Part shown: positions 1 to 7,338 of the stretch, in pieces
Numbering within the stretch: position 1 is the stretch's first letter
How the letters are laid out: the number at the start of each line of letters is the position of its first letter
From: Nitrospinaceae bacterium
GTDB taxonomy: Bacteria; Nitrospinota; Nitrospinia; Nitrospinales; VA-1
Direction of reading: 5' to 3'
Length of the DNA stretch: 20,713 nucleotides
Assembly: GCA_046754465.1 (NCBI GenBank)
Contig: JBHHVU010000056.1
Location: 1-20,713, forward strand
Position numbers and translations under genes: made by a program
Notes under the pieces: generated by a model
Told to the model about the DNA's origin: nothing
The model's input: only the letters and a program-made list of their open reading frames with translations
The model's database searches: none

Positions 1-9
1 TTTCTTTTT

Positions 10-92
10 GACAGGATAAACAGGATTGTTGAAAAAAACCTTTCCCTCAGGGAGAAGGCAGGGTGAGGGTGGTTGGACAGGATGGACAGGAT
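10..92. repeat. Two doublets of the heptamer ACAGGAT (9-bp period)
   Basis: gACAGGATaaACAGGAT at 10-26 and gACAGGATggACAGGAT at 76-92; four exact copies at 11, 20, 77 and 86. Confidence 0.85.
32..69 (-). terminator. REP-like hairpin that could act as intrinsic terminator of the mtaB-DUF62-smpB operon
   Basis: Stem CCTT-TCCC/GGGA-(G)-AAGG at 39-58, preceded on + by A7 (32-38), which is a hairpin followed by T7 on the minus strand. It continues into GGCAGGGTGAGGG. Confidence 0.45.
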
Positions 93-110
93 AAAAATCT
101 GATTTTTTCA

Positions 111-141
111 CTCCCCCTTTTTAAAGGGGGTGGGGGGGATT
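111..141. repeat. Short palindromic element CCCCCTTT-TT-AAAGGGGG followed by G7-ATT
   Basis: Perfect 8-bp inverted repeat at 113-130, then tGGGGGGGATT at 131-141. Confidence 0.7.
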
Positions 142-185
142 TTCCCATCTTGTACATTTTGCCATTTCTGCCTCGAAAAACTTTT

Positions 186-231
186 CCCTCTCCCCCAGCG
201 AAACACCCACGGAGTGACGGGCTGGGTGAGA
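186..231. repeat. Imperfect inverted repeat / degenerate REP-like element
   Basis: TCTCCCCCAGC (189-199) pairs with GCTGGGTGAGA (221-231) with 1 mismatch. It starts CCCTCTCCC and ends GGGTGAG, like the 39-69 element. Confidence 0.55.
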
Positions 232-267
232 ATGATTTTTTTTGGTGGGCGGAGGCAGGCGGCGGGG

Positions 268-726
268 CTAGCGGTTGCGGGATTTCATCGCCTTGTCGAT
301 TTCCCGCTGGGCTTCGCGTTTCTTCACGGTTTCGCGTTTGTCGTGCAGTTTCTTGGCGCGGGCCAGGGACAGCTCGACCTTGGCGAGTCCGTCCTTGAAA
401 TACATCTTGAGCGGGATCAGGCTGTACCCCTTCTCCTGGGATTTGCCGATGAGCCGGGAAATTTCTCGTTTGTTCAGCAGAAGTTTGCGCTTGCGCAGGG
501 GGTGGTGGCTGAACTGGCTGGCGGGGGAGTAGGGGCTGATGTGGCAGTTGTACATCCAGATTTCCCCGCGTTCGGCCACGGCGTAGGTGTCTAACAGGTT
601 CGCTTTGCCTTCCCGCAGGGATTTGACTTCCGATCCTTTCAGCACCAGCCCGGCCTCGAGGGTGTCTTCGATAAAATAATTGTGCCGGGCCTTTTTGTTC
701 TGGCAAATAATCTTTATCTCGCTCAT
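268..726 (-). CDS. smpB: SsrA-binding protein SmpB (152 aa)
   Basis: Motifs NKKARHNY, EAGLVLKGSEVKSLR, HISPY, RKLLL, AKKLHDKRE. True start is ATG at 726 (MSEIKII), overlapping the upstream stop as ATGA; the 281-aa ORF call is over-extended. Confidence 0.97.
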   Translation of the reverse strand: MSEIKIICQNKKARHNYFIEDTLEAGLVLKGSEVKSLREGKANLLDTYAVAERGEIWMYNCHISPYSPASQFSHHPLRKRKLLLNKREISRLIGKSQEKGYSLIPLKMYFKDGLAKVELSLARAKKLHDKRETVKKREAQREIDKAMKSRNR

Positions 727-1520
727 GCCGCGGACCGGGTTGGGGTGATTTTGACCGGGGATCCCACGCGGCATTTCAACTTTTGGGCGGCGTTCCCCTC
801 GCGGCAGAACACTTCCAGCTTGTCCCAACTGTTGAGGACGCAGCCGATGTCGCCCGGCCGGCACTGGGAATAATGGGAAACCCATTGGCGCACGGGTTTG
901 GCGGCGATCTTGATTTTCCACCCGGCCCCCGTGGGAAAGGCGGACTCCAGGAGTCCGGAAGAAATGTTGGTGATCAGGTTGCCGAACCGGTCGATGTAGA
1001 TGACCTCCCCAGTCAGTGTTCCGCGATTCAATCGCGGTTGGGGCATCTTCAGAGTGACCGCGGCGGTGATTTTTGGGCCCATCCGGGAGGGAGGGGTTCC
1101 GCGCGCCAGCCACGCGGCGGCGGGGGCGAAAAGGTCTCTCCCGTGAAAGGTCGCGGACAGGGGGTCGCGGAAATATTTTTTCCGGTTCAGTTCATAAACG
1201 CGCGCCCCGGGTTGCAGGACGGGGGTGAGCACGCCGTTGTCTGGGGCGACGAAGGTGTGGGTTCCGTTTTTTACGGCGATCGCCCGGCGCTGGCTTCCCA
1301 CGCCGGGGTCCACGACAACCAGGTGGACGGTCTTTTCGGGAAACCAGGGATACGCGGCCTCGACCACCCAGGCGGCCTGGGCGATGTTTTGCGGCTCGAT
1401 TTGATGGGTGATGTCGACGAGGCGCGCCGAGGGGGCGAGGCTCAATATCACCCCTTTCATGACGCCCACGAAGGGGCCGCCGATTCCGAAATCGGTGGTG
1501 AGTGTTATGAGGGGATGCAT
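723..1520 (-). CDS. DUF62 family SAM hydrolase (SAM hydroxide adenosyltransferase; chlorinase/fluorinase superfamily)
   Basis: ITLTTDFG, VVDPGVGSQRR, APDNG, SATFHGRDLFAP, YIDRFGNLITN. Confidence 0.93.
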   Translation of the reverse strand: MHPLITLTTDFGIGGPFVGVMKGVILSLAPSARLVDITHQIEPQNIAQAAWVVEAAYPWFPEKTVHLVVVDPGVGSQRRAIAVKNGTHTFVAPDNGVLTPVLQPGARVYELNRKKYFRDPLSATFHGRDLFAPAAAWLARGTPPSRMGPKITAAVTLKMPQPRLNRGTLTGEVIYIDRFGNLITNISSGLLESAFPTGAGWKIKIAAKPVRQWVSHYSQCRPGDIGCVLNSWDKLEVFCREGNAAQKLKCRVGSPVKITPTRSAA

Positions 1521-2830
1521 CCGGAAACCTGGTGTTCCGAAACTTCCACGAGGGTGACTGGGGTCAGCCGGTTCTGGAAACGGTCCTCTCCATCGGCCTG
1601 GACGGGGATATAGTTTTCGGTATGGCCTTTCAACTTTCCCGTGATGGTGTCGCGCTGGTTTTCAAAAAGAACGGTGAGCGTCTGGTTGAGAAACCGGCGG
1701 CGGAATTCAAGGGATTTTTGCTTTGCCAATTGTGTCAAAATTTTATTTCTTTCCTTTTTGATCTTGTTGTGGACGTTGTCCTTGAACTCGTAGGCTTCGG
1801 TCCCCTTGCGCGGCGAATACGTGAACACGTGCAGATACGAAAAGGGGAGGTCCTCAATGATCTTGCGGGTGTTCTCGAAATGGGCGTCGGTTTCGCCGGG
1901 GAACCCGGTGATGACATCGGCGCCGAGGCCAAGCCGGGGGATGCGGTCCAGGGCGTTCCGGGCCACGTCGAGGTATTGCCGCGGGTTATAATTGCGGCGC
2001 ATTCTGGAAAGGATGGCCGCGTCGCCGCTTTGCAGGGGAATGTGCAGGTGCGGGCACAGGTTTTCGGTTTCGGCCATGAGGCGGATCAGGACGGGGTCGA
2101 TTTCCATGGGATTGATGGAACTCAACCGCACGCGAAAATCGCCTTTCAGCCGGACGATGTCCCGGACCAGGGACGAGAAGGTTTCGGGCAGGGTTTTGTC
2201 CATACCGTAAGTTCCCAGGTTGATGCCGGTGAGCGTGATTTCCTTGAACCCGGCGGCGATGGCTTCTTTCACATTGTGGAGGATGTTTTCGCGGGAATCG
2301 CTGAGGGACCTGCCGCGCGCCCGGACGACGGTGCAAAAGGAGCATTTCTCGCCGCAGCCGGTTTGGACTTTGATGAAGGCCTTGGTTTTCCCCTGGAACC
2401 GGGAGACGGGAATGGTGCGGAAAACGCGCTTTTGGTGGATGTCGGACATGTGGTACTGCGTCGGACCGGTTTTTCTCCAGGGAGACGGGGCGATCAGTTT
2501 GTTCTTGATGACGCGGGCGATGTCCAGTTTGTTCGCGTTACCGAGAACGATATCCAGTCCCTCCAGTTCACCGGCCTCCCGGGGGGCGAGCTGGGCGTAA
2601 CAGCCGGTAAACACCACCAGCGCGTTCTGGTTGATCGCCAGGGATTTTTTGACCGCAAGACGGGAATGGTAATCGCTTTTCTGGGTGACGGAGCAGGTGT
2701 TGACGACATAGACGTCGGCTTTTTCCCGCGCATCGACGATCGAGAACCCTTCCTGTTCAAGCAGGGTCTGCATTTCCGCCGTATCGTGTTGGTTGGTGCG
2801 GCACCCCAGGGTGGCGAACGCGACTTTCAT
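1505..2830 (-). CDS. mtaB: tRNA t6A37 methylthiotransferase MtaB (radical SAM)
   Basis: UPF0004 cysteines in TLGCRTN, NTCSVT, TGCYAQ; radical SAM motif CGEKCSFC; HLHIPLQSG, DVITGFPGET, HVFTYSPRKGT; C-terminal TRAM-like region. LTGINLG and GHTENY fit MtaB better than MiaB or RimO. Confidence 0.9.
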   Translation of the reverse strand: MKVAFATLGCRTNQHDTAEMQTLLEQEGFSIVDAREKADVYVVNTCSVTQKSDYHSRLAVKKSLAINQNALVVFTGCYAQLAPREAGELEGLDIVLGNANKLDIARVIKNKLIAPSPWRKTGPTQYHMSDIHQKRVFRTIPVSRFQGKTKAFIKVQTGCGEKCSFCTVVRARGRSLSDSRENILHNVKEAIAAGFKEITLTGINLGTYGMDKTLPETFSSLVRDIVRLKGDFRVRLSSINPMEIDPVLIRLMAETENLCPHLHIPLQSGDAAILSRMRRNYNPRQYLDVARNALDRIPRLGLGADVITGFPGETDAHFENTRKIIEDLPFSYLHVFTYSPRKGTEAYEFKDNVHNKIKKERNKILTQLAKQKSLEFRRRFLNQTLTVLFENQRDTITGKLKGHTENYIPVQADGEDRFQNRLTPVTLVEVSEHQVSGCIPS

Positions 2831-2983
2831 GATCTGCCCGATCCTTTTAGTAGAGGGGACGTGTCGGTATTAAAAAACCATGGTTTTTCATCTTAGACCA
2901 GAGGTCTCCCGGGAATCAACTGGTAATTCGAATGGATGGTTTTATAGCGGATTCAACGGGTTGCCGGGGTTCCCAGTATTGCC

Positions 2984-3012
2984 TTGACCGTGTCCGGCAA
3001 GTCTGGTAATAT
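2984..3012 (+). promoter_or_regulatory. Sigma70-type promoter for the fis-glmU-glmS operon
   Basis: TTGACC (2984-2989), 17 bp, TAATAT (3007-3012), with extended -10 TG at 3004-3005. Confidence 0.7.
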
Positions 3013-3100
3013 CGCCCCCACGACTAAATGGAATTCGATGTGAAAGTTGATTTCATCCCACCGCGGTTGGAGTTTCTGTCCTAATTTGAGCCCGCCAGCC

Positions 3101-3367
3101 ATGAAAAAAGTCAACCACAAGACAACGTCTTTCCTGGAAAAATGGCTTGATAAAACGATCAAGGATTACGTATCCCACATGCGTGGAGACCAGAACGGTC
3201 ATTTACACGAACTGATCGTCGAGGGGGTGGAGAGACCCTTGCTCGATATCGTTTTGAAAAACACCAAGGGCAACCAGACGCAGGCGGCAAATATTTTAGG
3301 GATCAACCGCAATACCTTACGAAAAAAGATCAACGATTACAAAATTAAATGCAAGAGAAAAACCTAG
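3101..3367 (+). CDS. Small stand-alone Fis-family helix-turn-helix protein (88 aa)
   Basis: LHELIVEGVERPLLDIVL..GNQTQAANILGINRNTLRKKI matches the Fis/HTH_8 pattern. ATG at 3101 is preferred over the TTG at 3047. Overlaps the next gene by 19 bp. Confidence 0.88.
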   Translation: MKKVNHKTTSFLEKWLDKTIKDYVSHMRGDQNGHLHELIVEGVERPLLDIVLKNTKGNQTQAANILGINRNTLRKKINDYKIKCKRKT

Positions 3368-4107
3368 CGGTCCTCATTTTGGCGGCGGGGAAGGGAACGC
3401 GGATGAAATCGCCTCTTGCAAAAGTGTTGCAACCTTTGTTGGGCCGGCCTCTTTTATCTTATGTTCTCGAGACGGTGAAATCCCTCCAACCCGGCCGCCT
3501 GGGTGTGATCGTGGGGTATCAGGCGGAGAAAGTGAAAGCCACCTTCGCCGAGGGGGGAATCGAGTTCGTGGAACAGAAGGAACAATTGGGGACGGGGCAT
3601 GCCGCGCGGCAGGCCGAGTCCGCTCTGGAAAATTTCGAGGGGGATGTTCTGGTGCTGTGCGGGGACATGCCATTGATCCAACCCGAAACCCTGCGGCGCT
3701 TGGTGAGGAAACATCGTGAAGGGGATGCACCCTGCACCCTGCTGACACTTAAAACCGGCCGGGGCGAATTCAAGGAATTTGGCCGGGTCCTTCGGGATGC
3801 CGGTCACGCGGTCGTCCGCATCGTGGAGAACAAGGACGCCAGCCCGGAAGAGAAAAATATTGACGAATACAACGCCGGGGTTTATTGTTTTAATAAGGGT
3901 TTGTTTTTTAAGGCCTTAAGGTCTATCGACAACAACAATTCCCAAAGCGAATACTATTTGACCGACACCGTCAGCTATATGGTGGATCACCATATGAAAG
4001 TGGAATCGATCCAGACCCGGGACGCCGATGAAATTTTCGGCATCAATTCCCAGGAAGAATTGAAGCAAGCCGAACGGATTTTCCTGGCAAGAAATCAATC
4101 CGGGTAA
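3349..4107 (+). CDS. glmU: GlcNAc-1-phosphate uridyltransferase, GlmU N-terminal domain only (252 aa)
   Basis: LAAGKGTRMKS..AKVL, QKEQLGTGHA, LCGDMPLI, FGRV, IVENKDA, NNNSQSEYYLTD, GINS..EL..AE. Ends at the helical linker with no hexapeptide repeats. Confidence 0.88.
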   Translation: MQEKNLAVLILAAGKGTRMKSPLAKVLQPLLGRPLLSYVLETVKSLQPGRLGVIVGYQAEKVKATFAEGGIEFVEQKEQLGTGHAARQAESALENFEGDVLVLCGDMPLIQPETLRRLVRKHREGDAPCTLLTLKTGRGEFKEFGRVLRDAGHAVVRIVENKDASPEEKNIDEYNAGVYCFNKGLFFKALRSIDNNNSQSEYYLTDTVSYMVDHHMKVESIQTRDADEIFGINSQEELKQAERIFLARNQSG

Positions 4108-4146
4108 AATTCCTGCCCATACCCGCAACCTTAGGATCATTCATCG

Positions 4147-5352
4147 ATGAAAGCCGTCATCCTTGCTGCCGGAAAAGCTCCCAAATTAAATCCTTTTTCC
4201 ATGACACGTCCCATCCCCATGCTTCGAGTCGCGGGGCGGACCCTTTTCGACAATACCCTGGACCTGTTACAGAAATCCGGCATCAACGACATTTTCGTGG
4301 TGGTCGAACACCAGAAGGAAAAACTGATCGAGCAGATTGGCGAACACTTGAATGACGGGCTGAACATTCATTATGTCGAGCAGGGAAAGAACACAGGAAT
4401 CGGAAACGCCGTATTACAAATCAAAAGCAAGGTTTCCCCGGGGGAGTATTTTCTTCTGATCTACGGGGACACGGTGACCTCTTCCAACCTGTTCCTGAAG
4501 ATCCAGCAGTCCTTTCATTCCTTCAAGTGCCCCGTCGCTTCCATTTGCCTGCCCCCCTCGACCCAGATGTTCGGAAATGTATTTTTGAACGCCCACATGA
4601 AAATCACAAAAATCATTGAAAAACCCAAGGGAGACAACCTGGGCAATTATGTTCTTTCCGGCGCCTACATCCTTCCGGAATCCTTTTTCAAATATCTCGA
4701 ATCCACCAAGGGGTCCATGGAAAAGGCCCTGAAAAAGATGGTGGAAGGGGAGGGGTTGATGGCCTCGATGTGGGAAGACGAATGGCTTGACATCGTTTAT
4801 CCCTGGGAAATTCTGACGGCGAACCGGATCCTGATGGATTCGTGGGAGACCTCCTCCATCGCCAAGACCGCGGTCCTGGAATCCAATGTGACCATTCAGG
4901 GGACGGTGGTCATCGAGGATGATGCGGTCATCAAGGCCGGGGCGGTTCTCGAGGGTCCCTGTTCCATCGGGAAAGGTTGTTATATCGGCAACAACTCCCT
5001 GATCCGCAGTTACACCTCGCTGGGGCAATACTGCTCCGTCGGGTATGGGGTGGAGATGAAAAATTGCGTGGTTCTGGACCATACGGATATCGGGCGGTTA
5101 TCCTTCATCGGCGACAGTGTCCTGGGGGAAAAAGTCGATGTGGGAGCGGGTTCGATGACGGTGAACCGTTCCATAGACTGGAAACCGGTGACCGTGAAAA
5201 ACGGGAAAAAGACCGTCAACACCGGAAGTTCGAAACTGGGCGCTTTCATTGGAGACAACGTGGTGATCGGTGCGGGAAACACCATTCAGCCCGGAACCGT
5301 GGTAGAGCCCGGCAGAATATTGCCTGCCCAGTATTCCGTCACCAACAAATAA
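4147..5352 (+). CDS. Two-domain sugar-1-phosphate nucleotidyltransferase + left-handed beta-helix protein, archaeal GlmU-like, with degenerate catalytic motifs (401 aa)
   Basis: MKAVILAAG, IYGD, IIEKP, WLDIVYPWEIL, hexapeptide repeats, EMKNCVV, LSFIGDSVLG, NTGSSKLGAFIGDNV (compare archaeal DTGRRKLGAIIGD). Confidence 0.85.
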   Translation: MKAVILAAGKAPKLNPFSMTRPIPMLRVAGRTLFDNTLDLLQKSGINDIFVVVEHQKEKLIEQIGEHLNDGLNIHYVEQGKNTGIGNAVLQIKSKVSPGEYFLLIYGDTVTSSNLFLKIQQSFHSFKCPVASICLPPSTQMFGNVFLNAHMKITKIIEKPKGDNLGNYVLSGAYILPESFFKYLESTKGSMEKALKKMVEGEGLMASMWEDEWLDIVYPWEILTANRILMDSWETSSIAKTAVLESNVTIQGTVVIEDDAVIKAGAVLEGPCSIGKGCYIGNNSLIRSYTSLGQYCSVGYGVEMKNCVVLDHTDIGRLSFIGDSVLGEKVDVGAGSMTVNRSIDWKPVTVKNGKKTVNTGSSKLGAFIGDNVVIGAGNTIQPGTVVEPGRILPAQYSVTNK

Positions 5353-5367
5353 TTTCGGGGACAAACC

Positions 5368-7188
5368 ATGTGTGGGATCAGCGGGGTGGTGGGATTAAAC
5401 AATATTTCAGAGGCCTTGTACAAGGGGATCCGCAACCTGGAATACCGCGGATACGATTCCTGCGGCGTGGCCCTGATGAATAAAAAATCGCTGGTCATCA
5501 AGAAAAATGTGGGCGGAGTGGAGGAGTTTTTCCGCAAGGAAAATGTCTTGAGCCAGAAAAGTAAGATCGGTATTGCCCATACGCGTTGGGCCACTCACGG
5601 TAAAGTGACCCGCGGCAACACCCATCCCTTCGTTTCCTGCGACGGCAAATTCGCCTTGGTTCACAATGGAATTCTGTCCAACTTCCGTCCCTTGAGAGAA
5701 CAATTGACACGCGCGGGGCACCGGTTTGAATCGGAAACCGACACCGAAGTGATTCCCCACCTTCTGGAGAAATTTTACCGGCAAGTGAAGGATGTCGAAA
5801 AATCCCTGGTCAAAGTCTTGCATATATTGGAGGGCAGCTTTGCCATCGCTTTTATCACCACCCATGCGCCCAACCAGATATTTTGCGCCAAGCGCGAATC
5901 CCCGATGATGCTGGGAATCGGGGACGAAGCCAAATATGTCGGATCCGATTTCAACGCCTTCATCGATCACACCAAAAACGCCGTCATCCTGGAGGACGGG
6001 GAATACGCCGTTCTTTCGAGAGATAGTTATGTGGTCAAGAACGCGGTGACGGGTCAGGAAATCCCCAAACAGATCACCCCCATCGCGTGGGACAGCGAAA
6101 CCTCCCGCAAAGGCGGTTATCCCCATTACATGCTCAAGGAAATTTATGAGCAGCCGCAAACGGTGATCAACGCCCTGGAGCAGGACCCGGCCTCCCTGGA
6201 CCGATTGGCGGACTTGATTTTGACCAGTGACAAGACGGACCTCGTGGGGGTGGGCACCACCTATTACGTAGCGAAATTCGGAGAGTACATCTTTTCTTCC
6301 CTGTCCGGGGAATTCCTCCCCGCCATCAGCTCCGATGAATACGGTTCCCTGGCGAACGTGAACCGGAAGAGCCTCGTCCTGGCCATGTCCCAGTCGGGTG
6401 AAACCTACGATACCCTTTCCGCCTTGAAATATGCTCGGTCCCAAGGGGCCAAAACCGCCGCCATCGTGAACGTCATGGGATCCTCCATCGCCCGCTTCGT
6501 GGATCAAACGATCCTCCAGGGGTCCGGCCCCGAAATTTGCGTGATCAGCACCAAGGCGGCTCTTTCCCAGATGCTGATCCTGACCCTGATTGCCCTGCGG
6601 CTGGGCCTCAAAAAGAAGCGGATGACCCAAAAAGCTTTTAAAAAATCCATGGCCTCCCTCCACGAACTGCCGGGGATCATCCAGAGTATATTGAATGAAC
6701 GCTCCGGGTTCATCCATCGCATCGCCAATAGCTATTCCAAAACCAAACACTGGCTTTACCTGGGACGCGGGATCTATTATCCGATCGCCCTGGAATCCGC
6801 CCTGAAGATGAAGGAAGTCGCCTACGTCCACGCAGAGGGGATGCCCGGAGGGTTTCTGAAACACGGGACCCTGGCGATGATCGATAACAACATTTATTCG
6901 ATCGTCTTCATTCCGCCCCGGGAAGACAAGAAACTGTACGAAGCCACCATTCACAGTGTGGATGAAATTCGCGCCCGGTCCGGATTTGTTTTGGGGATCC
7001 ACTTTAACGAAGGAAGAAAAAACAAGGATCTTTTCAGCGAAGAACTGATCCTTCCCAATGTGCCCCCCCTGATCGCCCCCTTTCTTCAGATGGTGATCGG
7101 CCAGTTGTTTTCCTATTTCACCGCCACCAGCCTTAAGAGAAATGTGGACAAGCCCCGGTCCCTCGCCAAATCGGTGACCGTAGGGTAA
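5368..7188 (+). CDS. glmS: Glutamine--fructose-6-phosphate transaminase (isomerizing)
   Basis: MCGI, LEYRGYDS, HTRWATHG, VHNGI, TDTEV, MLKEIYEQP, SQSGET, ALKMKE, LKHG, PRSLAKSVTV. Confidence 0.97.
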   Translation: MCGISGVVGLNNISEALYKGIRNLEYRGYDSCGVALMNKKSLVIKKNVGGVEEFFRKENVLSQKSKIGIAHTRWATHGKVTRGNTHPFVSCDGKFALVHNGILSNFRPLREQLTRAGHRFESETDTEVIPHLLEKFYRQVKDVEKSLVKVLHILEGSFAIAFITTHAPNQIFCAKRESPMMLGIGDEAKYVGSDFNAFIDHTKNAVILEDGEYAVLSRDSYVVKNAVTGQEIPKQITPIAWDSETSRKGGYPHYMLKEIYEQPQTVINALEQDPASLDRLADLILTSDKTDLVGVGTTYYVAKFGEYIFSSLSGEFLPAISSDEYGSLANVNRKSLVLAMSQSGETYDTLSALKYARSQGAKTAAIVNVMGSSIARFVDQTILQGSGPEICVISTKAALSQMLILTLIALRLGLKKKRMTQKAFKKSMASLHELPGIIQSILNERSGFIHRIANSYSKTKHWLYLGRGIYYPIALESALKMKEVAYVHAEGMPGGFLKHGTLAMIDNNIYSIVFIPPREDKKLYEATIHSVDEIRARSGFVLGIHFNEGRKNKDLFSEELILPNVPPLIAPFLQMVIGQLFSYFTATSLKRNVDKPRSLAKSVTVG

Positions 7189-7247
7189 AGTCCCCCCCGG
7201 TGTTTCCGGAGAGAAAGATTGTTTTACCGGACCGGTTCATTAAGGAG

Positions 7248-7277
7248 TTGTCAAATCGAATCCTCCTCTGTTAGAGT
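7248..7277 (+). promoter_or_regulatory. Candidate sigma70 promoter for thiDN
   Basis: TTGTCA (7248-7253), 18 bp, TAGAGT (7272-7277), with TG at 7269-7270. Confidence 0.45.
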
Positions 7278-7338
7278 GCTTTTCCCAATCGCGGTATAAA
7301 AAAAACCTCTGTTCCCCCGGCGAATTTTTAGAGACGTT

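Noticed and set aside
10..231. Possible CRISPR array
   Set aside because: Repeats are 7-17 bp, heterogeneous and not regularly spaced; no cas genes.
243..267. Minus-strand ...CTCCGCCCACCA right after the smpB stop, resembling a tRNA/tmRNA 3' end or att site
   Set aside because: No TTCGA T-loop, no acceptor-stem partner and no room for a tmRNA; no integrase nearby.
727..1113. N-terminal extension of SmpB in the 281-aa ORF
   Set aside because: It lies inside the DUF62 gene in another frame; SmpB similarity starts at ATG 726.
723..1520. Fluorinase/chlorinase (halometabolite pathway)
   Set aside because: TFHGRD and DPGVG..RR indicate the hydrolase subfamily, and the context is housekeeping.
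3013..3100. glmS ribozyme in the operon leader or before glmS
   Set aside because: No recognisable conserved ribozyme core, and only 15 bp separate glmS from the preceding gene.
4108..4146. Frameshifted or pseudogenised single glmU spanning both ORFs
   Set aside because: The second ORF begins with its own MKAVILAAG domain and SD-like AGGA, so it is not the missing C-terminal half.
5407..7002. Long antisense ORFs (531 aa here; also 1532-2896, 13339-14550, 15921-17300, 19449-20639)
   Set aside because: They lie opposite well-supported genes, show no recognisable motifs, and are expected from codon bias in GC-rich genes.
7189..7338. TPP riboswitch upstream of thiD
   Set aside because: The conserved CTGAGA and downstream core motifs are not present.
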